A stretch of 64,000 nt of DNA from Eubacteriales Family XIII. Incertae Sedis bacterium. Lineage in GTDB: Bacteria; Bacillota; Clostridia; Peptostreptococcales; Anaerovoracaceae. The notes under the pieces were generated by a model. The model was not told where the DNA came from. It made no database searches and saw only the letters and a program-made list of their open reading frames with translations. The stretch lies in NCBI GenBank assembly GCA_031261525.1, contig JAISJM010000100.1, positions 1,376-65,375 of the forward strand. Direction: 5' to 3'. Of this stretch, positions 36,276 to 46,245 are shown in pieces. Position numbers and translations under genes: made by a program. Positions within the stretch are counted from its first letter, which is position 1; each line of letters starts with the position of its first letter.

Positions 36276-36304
36276 CTTGACATATTCTGGTATAAGTATT
36301 AATA
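36276..36304 (+). promoter_or_regulatory. Candidate promoter of the Tad locus: TTGACA, 17-nt spacer, TAATAT
   Basis: Read directly from the sequence, within an AT-rich spacer. Confidence 0.4.
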
Positions 36305-36361
36305 TATGGTTATAGGTAATTTATGTAAATTCATTTATATTTATCCATAGATAGGTAAATT

Positions 36362-37546
36362 ATGAAAGTGTTGCTCGTAGGAAAAGATAAAGCGTATCTA
36401 GAGGCGCTCGGATGTGCAATGATAAAGCAAGAGCCGAATATGTCTTGTGATTTATTCGACCAAATGAATTTAGATGTGATTTTAGATTATGACATCGCTG
36501 TTGTCGATTTGGATGATTTTCATGGTTCTGATGGAATCCATGATTCTAGTGAAATTCAAGAGATCAGGCATAAATTGATTCTATTGGGTGGTAGCAATGA
36601 CAAACGCATGGATACGAGAAAATTTTCTCTGACAAGCGAACTCATCCAGCAGATTAAGCAGAAGTATGCTGCATCGTTACTTCATAGCACAATTGCATCA
36701 GAGATTGATTCCACGATTGATTCCGAGATCGATTCCGATATTGAGCATGTGATGCAGCCTATTAATTCGTCCATCACCAATTCGCTCCTGACTATTGATG
36801 TGATGTCAATCGCTGGAGGTGTTGGTGTCACGAGTATCGCGCTCGGTCTTGCACGAGAATTATCAAGATATTGTAGTCGAAACGTTTTGTATGCGAGCTG
36901 TGAGGTTTTTGAATCATTAAAACTTTATGAAGAACCCGCTTGTCTCGCTTGTGGTAGTATCCAAGTGAAAAAACTCATTTATCACCATCTTCGCGGGAGC
37001 AAACTCTTTGATGAACTGGTAAGCGCGAGTATCGATACCGATGATTACGGTGTCATGCGGCTTCCTCTGCAAGATGGCATAAACCCAATTTCTGAATTGG
37101 ATGATGCACAGCGTGATTCCTTTTTTAGACATATTGTAAGTTGTATCGGCGCCGATACTTTCGTTATTGACAAAGGGAATATTGCAAAGGAACGGTTCTT
37201 TGTAGAAAAAATCTCAGAAGAAAAAAAATTAGAGGAGGAGAATCAAAACAAACCGATACAAATCGTGGTGACATCACCGAACAGCTACAAATTGCTGACA
37301 AAGGGAATCATAGATTGTTTGGAAAAGTACAGTATGATTGCCGAGGGATATATACAGGTAAGCAATAGGATTCCAATCGATGATTGTATTGAACAAACCG
37401 ATCCAGTTACGGACTGTGTCTTCATATACGAAGACGAACTTGCCTTTAATCGACAAGAGGACACCGCCACGATGAGCTTGTCAGGATCATGGTCACATGG
37501 CATCAAAGAATTATCAGATAGAATAACTGAAGCACTTCATAATTGA
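36362..37546 (+). CDS. CpaE/TadZ-like protein: receiver-like N-domain plus degenerate ParA/MinD domain
   Basis: MKVLLVGKD...DIAVVDLDD is receiver-like. SIAGGVGVTSIALGLA is a lysine-less deviant Walker A. It lies immediately upstream of the CpaF-type ATPase. Confidence 0.5.
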   Translation: MKVLLVGKDKAYLEALGCAMIKQEPNMSCDLFDQMNLDVILDYDIAVVDLDDFHGSDGIHDSSEIQEIRHKLILLGGSNDKRMDTRKFSLTSELIQQIKQKYAASLLHSTIASEIDSTIDSEIDSDIEHVMQPINSSITNSLLTIDVMSIAGGVGVTSIALGLARELSRYCSRNVLYASCEVFESLKLYEEPACLACGSIQVKKLIYHHLRGSKLFDELVSASIDTDDYGVMRLPLQDGINPISELDDAQRDSFFRHIVSCIGADTFVIDKGNIAKERFFVEKISEEKKLEEENQNKPIQIVVTSPNSYKLLTKGIIDCLEKYSMIAEGYIQVSNRIPIDDCIEQTDPVTDCVFIYEDELAFNRQEDTATMSLSGSWSHGIKELSDRITEALHN

Positions 37547-37570
37547 AGTACTTCATGAAAAGGAGAAGAT

Positions 37571-38779
37571 ATGAATGAGCAAATGGCACAGATGATACAG
37601 AATGTTACAGAGACAATTCGGCAACAGATACGCACGATTGATGATGACTTGAGCGATGAAGCGGTGATGCTCATGATTGAAGATATTGTTATGACTATGA
37701 CGGAGACGGATCACATGCCGATGGATGAGGTGATAACGATTGTCGATTCCGTATTTTTCAGAACGAGAAAAGAACTTGGTCTCTTGCAACCACTCATCGA
37801 CGATGAGACGATTTCAGAGGTTATGGTCAACGGCATCGATGATGTATTTATCGAGCGCGCAGGCAGTATTGAGCGTGCCGAGATTCATTTTGAGGATACC
37901 GAGGAACTCGAGGAAATTATCAGGCGCATCGGCGCAAAGATTCATCGTGAAATCAATGAACTCAATCCAATCCTCGATGCGCGGCTGCTTGACGGTAGCA
38001 GGGTCAATGCCGTATATAAAAATGTCGCACTCAACGGTCCCATTCTTACAATCAGAAAATTCCCGAGAGCGCGGATCAGCATGGATGCCTTGTTTGGTTT
38101 TGGAACCATTACGAAAGAGGCTGCAGAATTTCTCATTGAGCTGGTGCGCGCTGGTTACAATATCTTCATCAGTGGTGGTACGAGCAGTGGAAAGACGACA
38201 TTTCTCAATGTACTTTCAAATTATATTCCAGCCGAAGAACGCATCATTACGATTGAAGATTCTGCAGAATTATGTATCACGGAAGTAGAAAATATTGTCA
38301 GCTTAGAATGTCGCAATTCTAATTCACAAGGTCAAGGTCAGGTTAATATGTGTGATTTAATTAAATCTTCTCTACGTATGAGACCGAATCGCATTATCGT
38401 CGGTGAGGTGAGAGGGGCGGAAGTTCTCGATATGATACAAGCGATGAATACGGGGCATGATGGTTCTTTAAGCACGGGGCATGGCAATAGCCCTGATGGC
38501 ATGATTAGCAGGCTTGAAGCGATGTTTCTTCAAGCGGCTGACTTCCCGATTGATGCAATCAGAAGTCAAATTGCGGAAGGAATTGATATCATTGTACATC
38601 TGTCAAGGCTTGCGGACAGAAGGCGTGTCGTGTTTGAAATCAGTGAGGTGGCGAGATTATCTCCCAGTGGCATTGAATTATCTAAATTATTCATCTTTGA
38701 CAACGAGAAGGGGCTAGTGAGGACAGATTATGAACTTATTCACACGGATAAACTCGAACTTGCACGGCATTATCAGTAA
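37571..38779 (+). CDS. tadA: CpaF/TadA-family pilus assembly ATPase
   Basis: Walker [10 protein letters not shown], Asp box ITIEDSAEL, Walker [11 protein letters not shown] and His box [11 protein letters not shown] are present. Confidence 0.9.
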   Translation: MNEQMAQMIQNVTETIRQQIRTIDDDLSDEAVMLMIEDIVMTMTETDHMPMDEVITIVDSVFFRTRKELGLLQPLIDDETISEVMVNGIDDVFIERAGSIERAEIHFEDTEELEEIIRRIGAKIHREINELNPILDARLLDGSRVNAVYKNVALNGPILTIRKFPRARISMDALFGFGTITKEAAEFLIELVRAGYNIFISGGTSSGKTTFLNVLSNYIPAEERIITIEDSAELCITEVENIVSLECRNSNSQGQGQVNMCDLIKSSLRMRPNRIIVGEVRGAEVLDMIQAMNTGHDGSLSTGHGNSPDGMISRLEAMFLQAADFPIDAIRSQIAEGIDIIVHLSRLADRRRVVFEISEVARLSPSGIELSKLFIFDNEKGLVRTDYELIHTDKLELARHYQ

Positions 38780-39545
38780 AACGAAGAAGCCGGAACGAAT
38801 CATTCAAAATTATGACATTTGCAATTTGAACCGAAAACAGTGGATTCAATTTGTAGCCATCTGCGCACCCATTTTATATGTCGTTGGCCTATTGTTCTAT
38901 GATAATTTTGCGCTTGCAGGTGGTTTGGTCATTGCAATCATTCCGCTATCACATATCTATTCTCGGAGTTTAGCGAAAAAAAGACGAGACACGTTGATGA
39001 CGCAATTCTGTGAATTGCTGCAAGCGCTGGTTGTATCCTTTCAGATTGGACGACAGATGAGCGATGCCTTGGAAGAATCTTATGCGACTTTAGATACACT
39101 CTACAATGGGGATGAGCCGATTATGGTCGAACTTCAGATGATTTTGGATCAGAAAAAGCGCGCTGGCGTGAGCGAGAAAGAATCGCTTTATGATCTCGCG
39201 AGACGTAGTAAATTGGCGGATATCAGTGATTTTGTTGATGTTTATTATACCTCTCTTGAAGTTGGCGGTGACGTGTGTAAGCTTGCCGCGAGAAGTGCGA
39301 GTGTGATATCAGATAAGATTAGCATCAAACGCGACATTGCGTTGATGAATTCACAGCGTAAGTACGAGTCGATGATTTTGCTCGTCATTCCAGCGATTAT
39401 TCTCATCTTTCTAAAACTGAGTTCCCCAGATTATTTAGATAAATTATATAACAATCCACTTGGCATTTTGATTATGACAATCTCTTTGATTATCATTTAT
39501 ATCTCGTATCGGCTGAGTGAGAAGATCCTAGATATAGAGGTGTAG
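38730..39545 (+). CDS. tadB: TadB-like type II secretion system F-domain membrane protein
   Basis: The position and topology (one N-terminal and two C-terminal TM segments around a cytoplasmic helical domain) fit TadB. It overlaps tadA; the start is uncertain. Confidence 0.65.
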   Translation: MNLFTRINSNLHGIISKTKKPERIIQNYDICNLNRKQWIQFVAICAPILYVVGLLFYDNFALAGGLVIAIIPLSHIYSRSLAKKRRDTLMTQFCELLQALVVSFQIGRQMSDALEESYATLDTLYNGDEPIMVELQMILDQKKRAGVSEKESLYDLARRSKLADISDFVDVYYTSLEVGGDVCKLAARSASVISDKISIKRDIALMNSQRKYESMILLVIPAIILIFLKLSSPDYLDKLYNNPLGILIMTISLIIIYISYRLSEKILDIEV

Positions 39546-39547
39546 CA

Positions 39548-40963
39548 ATGTTTGGGCATAAGAAACAAAATCATAAATCCAAAATGGCTACTAGAATGGA
39601 CGAAATACTGTTGAAACTCATGAAGCATCTTCCGGATTTTCTGACAGGTGACAGTGCGCTGTTAAAAGACACTTATCAAAGCCTTCACTACAGTGCGTCA
39701 CCGTCACAGATTGATGAATATGTCACATCTGCGAAACTTTCTAATCTAAAAGCGAGCATGTTGATTCTCTCGATTATCTTGATTATCATAATTCATTACA
39801 TCATCACACTTGCGTTGAGTGGCGATGGCTCCCTAGATATGTCAAAGACATATCAGGCTGGCGATGTGCTTGATACCGTGATTGAAGCCGATTATGAAGA
39901 CAAACGCATGGAGCTACAGAAATCACTGATCGTCGGTGAACAGATTCCAGATACTTCCGAAGAGCATGCCTTGATTGCGGAGACGAAGAAAAGATTAGTG
40001 AAGATGATTCTTGGCAACAATCAATCATTAAGCCAAATTAAAGACAATCTGATGCTTCCTAATCGGGATCCTCAGACGGGTGTCGAACTGAATTGGATGA
40101 CCTCTGATGCGGACGCAATATCTGCAGACGGAAACGTCAACTTTATCAATGGTCAAGAAGATACCGATGTCAATCTTGATGTGATGTTAAGCATTGGCAG
40201 TAGCACGGATACCGTATCGTATAAAGCGACATTGAGAAAACCGTCTGCAAGTTACGATATCACATCTGCCATCGAAAAGAGTGTCGATTCCGTTGTCGAT
40301 TGTATTGCTTCAGGAGCACTGAGTAAAGGTAAAAACGGAACAACAACCTTACCAACGGAGACGGCGGATGGACTTTCTTTAAAATGGAAACAAGTCAAAC
40401 CCACCGCGCCCATCCTTGAAGTCAGTGTGATGTGTTTTATATTGGTTGCCATTTTCTTCTCAAGACATAAGAAGATTTGCAATGAAGCGGCTCGTTCAAG
40501 GGACGCGATGCTTTCAGATTTTCCTGATTTTTTATCAAAATTAGTGCTACTCGTCGGTGCAGGTATGGTTGTTACATCTGCTTTTCATCGTGTTGTAGAT
40601 AGTTATATTCGTTATCGAGATGTAATGGGAAGGAGGTATCTTTATGAACAATTTGTAGGGATGCAGGATCGTATGAACAGTTCCAATACATCACTTATAG
40701 GTGAATTTGATGAACTCGCAAAACGCAGCTGCTTGCGTGAAATCATGAGATTTTCATCCGTCCTAAGTGACAATCTAGGCAAAGGAACCGCTCTTGTGGA
40801 CAAGCTTGAAAGAGAGAGCAATTTGCTTTTTGAAGTAAAGAAGACGCTTATAGAGGAGAAAGGGAAGATTGCCGAGACAAAACTTACAGGACCTATGGCA
40901 CTGGAGCTCATCGTGATTATGGCAATCACTGTCGCACCAGCATTGCTTGATATGAGTATGTAA
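39548..40963 (+). CDS. tadC: TadC-like T2SSF-domain membrane protein with a large extra extracytoplasmic insert
   Basis: The C-terminal ~170 aa (FPDFLSKLVLLVGAGM...TGPMALELIVIMAITVAP) is T2SSF-like. About 190 aa lie between the first two TM segments. Confidence 0.6.
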   Translation: MFGHKKQNHKSKMATRMDEILLKLMKHLPDFLTGDSALLKDTYQSLHYSASPSQIDEYVTSAKLSNLKASMLILSIILIIIIHYIITLALSGDGSLDMSKTYQAGDVLDTVIEADYEDKRMELQKSLIVGEQIPDTSEEHALIAETKKRLVKMILGNNQSLSQIKDNLMLPNRDPQTGVELNWMTSDADAISADGNVNFINGQEDTDVNLDVMLSIGSSTDTVSYKATLRKPSASYDITSAIEKSVDSVVDCIASGALSKGKNGTTTLPTETADGLSLKWKQVKPTAPILEVSVMCFILVAIFFSRHKKICNEAARSRDAMLSDFPDFLSKLVLLVGAGMVVTSAFHRVVDSYIRYRDVMGRRYLYEQFVGMQDRMNSSNTSLIGEFDELAKRSCLREIMRFSSVLSDNLGKGTALVDKLERESNLLFEVKKTLIEEKGKIAETKLTGPMALELIVIMAITVAPALLDMSM

Positions 40964-41033
40964 ATTCCACGATTCGTTGAAGAAGAAAGTTGAAAATAGA
41001 AGATAGAAATGAGGGCGGAGAAAGGGGAACGAG

Positions 41034-41240
41034 ATGTTACAAAATGCAAATACATTACTGAATAAACTACATATAAGGTTTACCAATACTTTGAATAATA
41101 GTAAAGGTATGGAAATGGTGCAAGTCGCTATTATCATTGGTATTGCTGTAATTGCGGGTGTTATCTTTAAAAAGCAAATTACAGGTTTTGTTAACAATGT
41201 ATTTGGTGAATTAACAAAAAGCAAATTCTATTCCAAGTAA
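41034..41240 (+). CDS. flp: Flp-family (Firmicute Flp1-like) pilin precursor
   Basis: The leader ends ...NNSKG and is followed by MEMVQVAIIIGIAVIAGVIF. The predicted mature peptide is short (about 43 aa). Confidence 0.7.
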   Translation: MLQNANTLLNKLHIRFTNTLNNSKGMEMVQVAIIIGIAVIAGVIFKKQITGFVNNVFGELTKSKFYSK

Positions 41241-41252
41241 TTCGGTGACGCA

Positions 41253-41696
41253 ATGAGAGAAAATAGGAATAGGTTTCTTGACATACTATCCTGTAGACGA
41301 GGTAGTGCGATGATTGAAAGTGCCATCATGTATCCCATTGTCATCTTGACGATGATGGCGTTGATTTATTTTTCAATCAACGAATATGCGTGTATGTCGC
41401 AGAAAAATGATATGCATGTCAAGCTTCGGGCGCAGTCTTATGAGGATGTAGGTACGGTTACTTCATCCATGAATGCTTCGTATATACCGGACAAGTATCG
41501 ACAAGCCAGTGAATCAAAGACACTGGATATCACAAAGTCCTCAAAACTTGGTGCTGATGTATATCAGGCAAGCATGACGCGGCAATTTATGTCCGGTCAG
41601 TTGCTGGGTGATATCACAAAATATACTGCGAACGAAAAAGTATATGGCGTAGATGAGTCCAAAAGGCTGAATCTCTATGGTGCGGTTACAGATTAA
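41253..41696 (+). CDS. TadE-like pseudopilin
   Basis: The N-terminus RRGSAMIESAIMYPIVILTMMALIYF is a TadE-type class III signal. Confidence 0.65.
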   Translation: MRENRNRFLDILSCRRGSAMIESAIMYPIVILTMMALIYFSINEYACMSQKNDMHVKLRAQSYEDVGTVTSSMNASYIPDKYRQASESKTLDITKSSKLGADVYQASMTRQFMSGQLLGDITKYTANEKVYGVDESKRLNLYGAVTD

Positions 41697-41737
41697 ATCC
41701 GCATTAACAATTTGTACGTTTGAGGTAGGAGAACACA

Positions 41738-43114
41738 ATGAATATCATTTTGCAAGTAAGACGTAGGATACGAGCGCTCGCGGCAAGGATTGATAGGCAA
41801 CATAATATCAAAGGTTCTGCGGCGGTATGGATATGCATTGTACTTTCAGGTGTTGTGACAATCTCAAGCGTACTTTACTATGCATCTAAAGAATCCGCGC
41901 GGCGGAGCACGACAGATGCTTATCTTAGTCTAGCAACAAGATCCGTTTTATCTACTTATGATACGGAACTTCTTGCGCGATATGGCTTAAAAGCATTTAA
42001 GGCGGACGATAAAAGTATTGAAGATAAATTGCGCTATTATGCGGGCGCATCGATTGAGAACCCCAGCATAAAATATATCACGACATCGCATCAAAGAACT
42101 GCCGACATCAATTCGAATCGAGTCCAGATTCACGCTCTTACTGCTGATACGAAAGGGTATGCGATTACAGATATTGCGACATTTTCCAGCCAGATACAAG
42201 AAGCAATGCTAGGGTCTTTTTTAGCGAGCCGTGTGGGCAGCAATAAAAAGATTGTCGGTCAGGTTTCCTCCGCTGTAAGCAAGTCTGAACCCAATCGAGT
42301 TTTGCGAAATCCATCGGTGTTGAGCAGTCTGCCAGGAAAGGATTTGACCGATACATGTTTTCCAAATTTGGGTTCGGTTCCTATTCATGAATTTGAGCTT
42401 TCTGATTTTGGTAAGGCAAAAGATATGCTCTTGTTGGATGAATACATCTTGAATATGTTCAAGTATGCAGTCGGCGGGCAGACGGAACAAGAAAGTTTCT
42501 TTGAAAATGAAGTGGAGTATATTATCAGGGGATCAAAAGATGACAAGGCAAACTACACAGCGATTAGCCGCGATATCTATGCCTATCGGCTTTTGATGAA
42601 CAATACGCATATCGTTTTAGATAAAGAGAAAATGAAAATGATAAAGACATGGTGTAGTGTCCATCCATATGTAGCGATTGCAACCGTTATTATCGTTGAA
42701 ATCTGGGCGATTGCTGAGACGAGAAACGACATATTGTTACTCGAAAAAGGGGAGAAAGTTCCTTTTCTAAAATCTTCGAAGAACTGGGCGCTTGACGATC
42801 TTGAGGCGATTTTAGATGTATTTACGGCAGATGATGTTGATGAAGCGGGCAATATTAAGGATGGCTACGAAAAGGCGTATGACAATCATGCTGTCATGCC
42901 CGATGTTGTATCTGGTCTCAATTATAAGGATCATCTGAGAGTGATACTTGGTGTGATGGATGCAAATGAAAAGTTTCTCAGGATGATGGATCTCATTCAA
43001 ATCAATATGAAAGGTACCTATAATAAAGATTTTATGCTTCGCGAGTATAAAACAGGGCTCAACATGAAAGCGACAGTAGGTAGTATGGATTATGAATATA
43101 CGAGCACATATTAG
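41738..43114 (+). CDS. Hypothetical Tad-locus protein (458 aa, N-terminal TM segment)
   Basis: It has an N-terminal anchor (AAVWICIVLSGVVTISSVLYY) and is embedded in the Tad operon. It may belong to the DUF5702-type family of clostridial Tad loci; this is from memory and unverified. Confidence 0.5.
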   Translation: MNIILQVRRRIRALAARIDRQHNIKGSAAVWICIVLSGVVTISSVLYYASKESARRSTTDAYLSLATRSVLSTYDTELLARYGLKAFKADDKSIEDKLRYYAGASIENPSIKYITTSHQRTADINSNRVQIHALTADTKGYAITDIATFSSQIQEAMLGSFLASRVGSNKKIVGQVSSAVSKSEPNRVLRNPSVLSSLPGKDLTDTCFPNLGSVPIHEFELSDFGKAKDMLLLDEYILNMFKYAVGGQTEQESFFENEVEYIIRGSKDDKANYTAISRDIYAYRLLMNNTHIVLDKEKMKMIKTWCSVHPYVAIATVIIVEIWAIAETRNDILLLEKGEKVPFLKSSKNWALDDLEAILDVFTADDVDEAGNIKDGYEKAYDNHAVMPDVVSGLNYKDHLRVILGVMDANEKFLRMMDLIQINMKGTYNKDFMLREYKTGLNMKATVGSMDYEYTSTY

Positions 43115-43856
43115 AAAACAGAACGCGGGATCGATGGCTGTAGAGATGGCAATCTGTCTGCCGATTGCGGTCTTGGCAGTATTGACATTGATGTATTTTA
43201 TCCGCGTATCCTCGATTCAAGAAAGTGTGAATCACATCTTAAGCGATGAGATGCGGCGTGTAATTGCGGAGCCAGAGCAGTCGGCATTTCTGTATACGTC
43301 AGCTAAAAATAGAGTAGATACTGAGCTAAAAGGCGATATTGATGAAGATGAATATGACATATATATCACGCCAGATTTCATCGGTGGTGGGGAATATGGC
43401 AATATTGCTGCAAGTATATCTTGGTCAAAACAGACGCCATGGGGCAGATATTTCGGCAAAGCATATCAATCTACTGAAAATGTGATTGCTCGGCTGTGGA
43501 TTGGAAAGTCGAATCAATCCTCCGCAATGCCATGGGCTGACATGGAGAACGATGGGAATGATCATACGGTCTGGGTTTTCCCCGAAAGCGGCGCAAAGTA
43601 TCATAATGTATCGTGTACCCATGTAAAAAATAGCGCGCGCGAGGCCATTTTAACGAAAACTGTAAAATCAAAATATAGTAATTGCAAGACATGCAAGTCT
43701 TCCTCCCTGCCAGAGGGTAGCATCATCTATATCCATGATTACGGCGATAGATATCACGCTAGTACCTGCAGTACCGTAACAAAGTATGTTGTGAGTATGA
43801 GTGAATCGGATGCAAAGTCGAGACATTATACGGCATGTGCAAAATGTGGTGGGTAA
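43092..43856 (+). CDS. TadE-like pseudopilin fused to two H-C-C-C zinc-ribbon-like repeats
   Basis: The N-terminus is NAGSMAVEMAICLPIAVLAVLTLMYF. The C-terminus carries GAKYHNVSCTHV...YSNCKTC and GDRYHASTCSTV...HYTACAKC. Confidence 0.65.
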   Translation: MNIRAHIRKQNAGSMAVEMAICLPIAVLAVLTLMYFIRVSSIQESVNHILSDEMRRVIAEPEQSAFLYTSAKNRVDTELKGDIDEDEYDIYITPDFIGGGEYGNIAASISWSKQTPWGRYFGKAYQSTENVIARLWIGKSNQSSAMPWADMENDGNDHTVWVFPESGAKYHNVSCTHVKNSAREAILTKTVKSKYSNCKTCKSSSLPEGSIIYIHDYGDRYHASTCSTVTKYVVSMSESDAKSRHYTACAKCGG

Positions 43857-43877
43857 AGATTGTTGGTAGGGATTTAT

Positions 43878-43933
43878 GGCTACGGATTGTGGCACGGGAT
43901 TGCGGCTACGGGATTGTGCCTACGGGATTGTGG
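43878..43933. repeat. Tandem 13-14-bp repeat array (ggctacgggattgt x4, imperfect)
   Basis: Read directly from the sequence. Degenerate copies extend back to about 43858. Confidence 0.85.
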
Positions 43934-43940
43934 ATAAATG

Positions 43941-44005
43941 TTGCAGTTAGGTGTTGCAGCTAGGTGTTGCAGCTAGGTGTTGCAGCTAAGTGTTGTGGGT
44001 AAGTG
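43941..44005. repeat. Tandem 13-bp repeat array (ttgcagctaggtg x5, plus a partial sixth copy)
   Basis: Read directly from the sequence. The unit length is not a multiple of 3. The array ends about 24 nt before ATG 44029. Confidence 0.9.
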
Positions 44006-44028
44006 TTGTATGCAGAAAGAGGTTCAAT

Positions 44029-44565
44029 ATGAGTGAGGATATAAAATGTAAAACAGTACGATATAAAATAGACATCGATCTATACAAGCATGAAGCGCTC
44101 ATGCTTCAAGAAAATAAATGTGAGTATCTAGCCGATTATCAACTATCGATGGATGTATCGGATGAGACCTCTGTGAGCATTGTGTATGATACAAGCCGAT
44201 TTGAAGAATTGTATCTGCATTCCTTTAAGAGTGTCGATGAAGTCTTCCATATGCTCGAAAAGCTCATCCGTACGTTATGTAAGCTTGATAATTATCTCAT
44301 ACGGGATACGATTATTGACTACAATCCGCATCATATCTATATTGAAAAAGCTTCGGGCCGTATTTATCTGATCCTTGCGTCGTCATCAGATCGCACGGAT
44401 AATCTCATTTCGCTCATCAATCGGTTTGGACTCATTCGTTCGATTCCTGGCATTCAGATTGCAATCGCAAACATTCTCGACACGATTGAAAGCCAGCAAT
44501 TATCGTTGCAAAGTTTGCTGCTTACACTTGAGAAGATGAATCATCGCCGAATGATTGTGTCGTGA
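44029..44565 (+). CDS. Hypothetical protein (178 aa)
   Basis: ATG 44029 lies behind agaaagagg. The track start, GTG 43990, lies inside the repeat array and is less plausible. The product may be DUF6382-like; unverified. Confidence 0.55.
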   Translation: MSEDIKCKTVRYKIDIDLYKHEALMLQENKCEYLADYQLSMDVSDETSVSIVYDTSRFEELYLHSFKSVDEVFHMLEKLIRTLCKLDNYLIRDTIIDYNPHHIYIEKASGRIYLILASSSDRTDNLISLINRFGLIRSIPGIQIAIANILDTIESQQLSLQSLLLTLEKMNHRRMIVS

Positions 44566-44618
44566 TGTCCGCTTTTGTGGTAAACTTTAAGAATGGATAT
44601 GATTAGAGGAAATAAAAG

Positions 44619-45617
44619 ATGCTTGGATATGTGACGACTTATAAGCCTGAATTGAAGATGAAACACTGGGATATTTATCGCGCATATTATTGTGCGATTT
44701 GTCGTTCGATTAAGACGCGGTATGGCGAGATTCCGCGACTTGTGCTGAGTTATGACTCCGTCTTGCTTGCGATTGTTTTGGACTCGGTTAAGGATAAAAT
44801 GTTAGAATTATCTGATGAAAATGACCCAGTTACGAGGCTGACGACATTTCGATGTGGCTATCATCCAACCATAAAAAGACCCTTGTTATCAGATGGCGGA
44901 ATTCTTGTAGACTATGCTGCAGATATGTTGATATTGCTGGCATTGCTGAAGCTTGAAGATGATAAAAATGACGAGAAGCGTTTTTCCTCAAAAGCCCGCA
45001 ACATTGCGACATTGGGATTGCAATACAACATACGAAAAAAAGTTCGGACACATCTGGCAGATTATGATTTAGATGGCATGTATGAGATGGGCGCACTTAT
45101 GATTCGTGAGACCATATCTGCGGAGCATTTATTTATGAAGAATGCGCAGGAGCAGAATCAAGGAAGCAACCAAATTTTTGAGACCATTGCAAAACCATTT
45201 GCAGATTTTCTGGCAGAGATTTTTGACTTCCCGTATTCATCATCATCTTTATGCAAATTATCCTCCTCCTCATCCTCGTGTGAACAAAATGGGAATCTTC
45301 AAGATTACAGTGTTCAATTGAGAACCCTCGGCAAGAGTTTAGGCATGTGGATTTACTTGATGGACGCGGTTGATGATCGTACGGACGATTTAAAAAAAGG
45401 CACCTTTAATCCATTTGCGCTCAACGGTTTTTCGCCTGGATTGCAGGATGAGCGGATCGCAGCGCGATTATATCTGAGTAGTGCCTCGAATGCGATTTCT
45501 AAATTGCAACTTTGCAAGAACCGTGAGATAATAGACAATATCGTAAACGTTGGCCTCTATGCCAAGACTGAAGAAATAATGAATAAAGCGGAGAATCTAA
45601 GTGAACAACCCTTATGA
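44619..45617 (+). CDS. DUF5685-like hypothetical protein
   Basis: The N-terminus [32 protein letters not shown] is characteristic of a conserved Firmicute family of unknown function. The assignment is from memory. Confidence 0.55.
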   Translation: MLGYVTTYKPELKMKHWDIYRAYYCAICRSIKTRYGEIPRLVLSYDSVLLAIVLDSVKDKMLELSDENDPVTRLTTFRCGYHPTIKRPLLSDGGILVDYAADMLILLALLKLEDDKNDEKRFSSKARNIATLGLQYNIRKKVRTHLADYDLDGMYEMGALMIRETISAEHLFMKNAQEQNQGSNQIFETIAKPFADFLAEIFDFPYSSSSLCKLSSSSSSCEQNGNLQDYSVQLRTLGKSLGMWIYLMDAVDDRTDDLKKGTFNPFALNGFSPGLQDERIAARLYLSSASNAISKLQLCKNREIIDNIVNVGLYAKTEEIMNKAENLSEQPL

Positions 45618-46215
45618 AGTGCTTGGCCTCAAGGAAGGCGCAACGAAAGAAGAGATTAAGAAGAGTTATCGTGAGCTAGTAAAACGATATCATCCTGACA
45701 AGCATCAAGATAATCCTCTAGGTGATTTAGCTGAGGAAAAAATGCGTGAGATCAATGCCGCATATGATGAACTCATGAATGGCAATGCCAGTTCAGGGAG
45801 TTATGGATCGGCATCTAGTGGTGGGTCAAGTTATGGACAGACAAACAGTTACAGTACGTCTGGTGGGTCTGCACAGAACAATGACATCCGTCGTGATATC
45901 AACAACGGTGACCTACGAACAGCGGAGACGAAATTACGCAATCAGACGGTGAAAGATGCCGAATGGTATTTTTTGTATGGTGCAATCAATCAACGAAAAG
46001 GCTTTTACAATGAGGCTTTTCAGGGATTTCAGATGGCAGCACAGATGAGCCCAGGCAATATGGAATATCGCAATGCTTATAGCCAACTGAGCAATCAAGC
46101 TGGTATGTATCAGCGAGGAGCCTATGGCGGTGGGTACGGTGGTGCACAAAATGATGCTTGCTGTCAATTATGTGCAGGTATGGCAATTTTGGATTGTCTT
46201 TGTGATTCGTGCTAG
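45601..46215 (+). CDS. J-domain protein with a TPR-like middle region and a Cys-rich C-terminal tail
   Basis: NPYEVLGL...[12 protein letters not shown] is a J domain with the HPD motif. The tail is [20 protein letters not shown]. The GTG start overlaps the upstream gene. Confidence 0.8.
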   Translation: MNNPYEVLGLKEGATKEEIKKSYRELVKRYHPDKHQDNPLGDLAEEKMREINAAYDELMNGNASSGSYGSASSGGSSYGQTNSYSTSGGSAQNNDIRRDINNGDLRTAETKLRNQTVKDAEWYFLYGAINQRKGFYNEAFQGFQMAAQMSPGNMEYRNAYSQLSNQAGMYQRGAYGGGYGGAQNDACCQLCAGMAILDCLCDSC

Positions 46216-46245
46216 GACGCACTGAATAGGAATACAATAACGAAT

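Noticed and set aside
37740-38288. A 182-aa alternate-frame ORF inside the tadA/cpaF gene
   Set aside because: The main frame carries every CpaF ATPase motif. The alternate frame has no recognisable features.
43858-44010. Possible CRISPR array
   Set aside because: The units are 13-14 bp and directly abutting, with no unique spacers. No cas genes are in the window.
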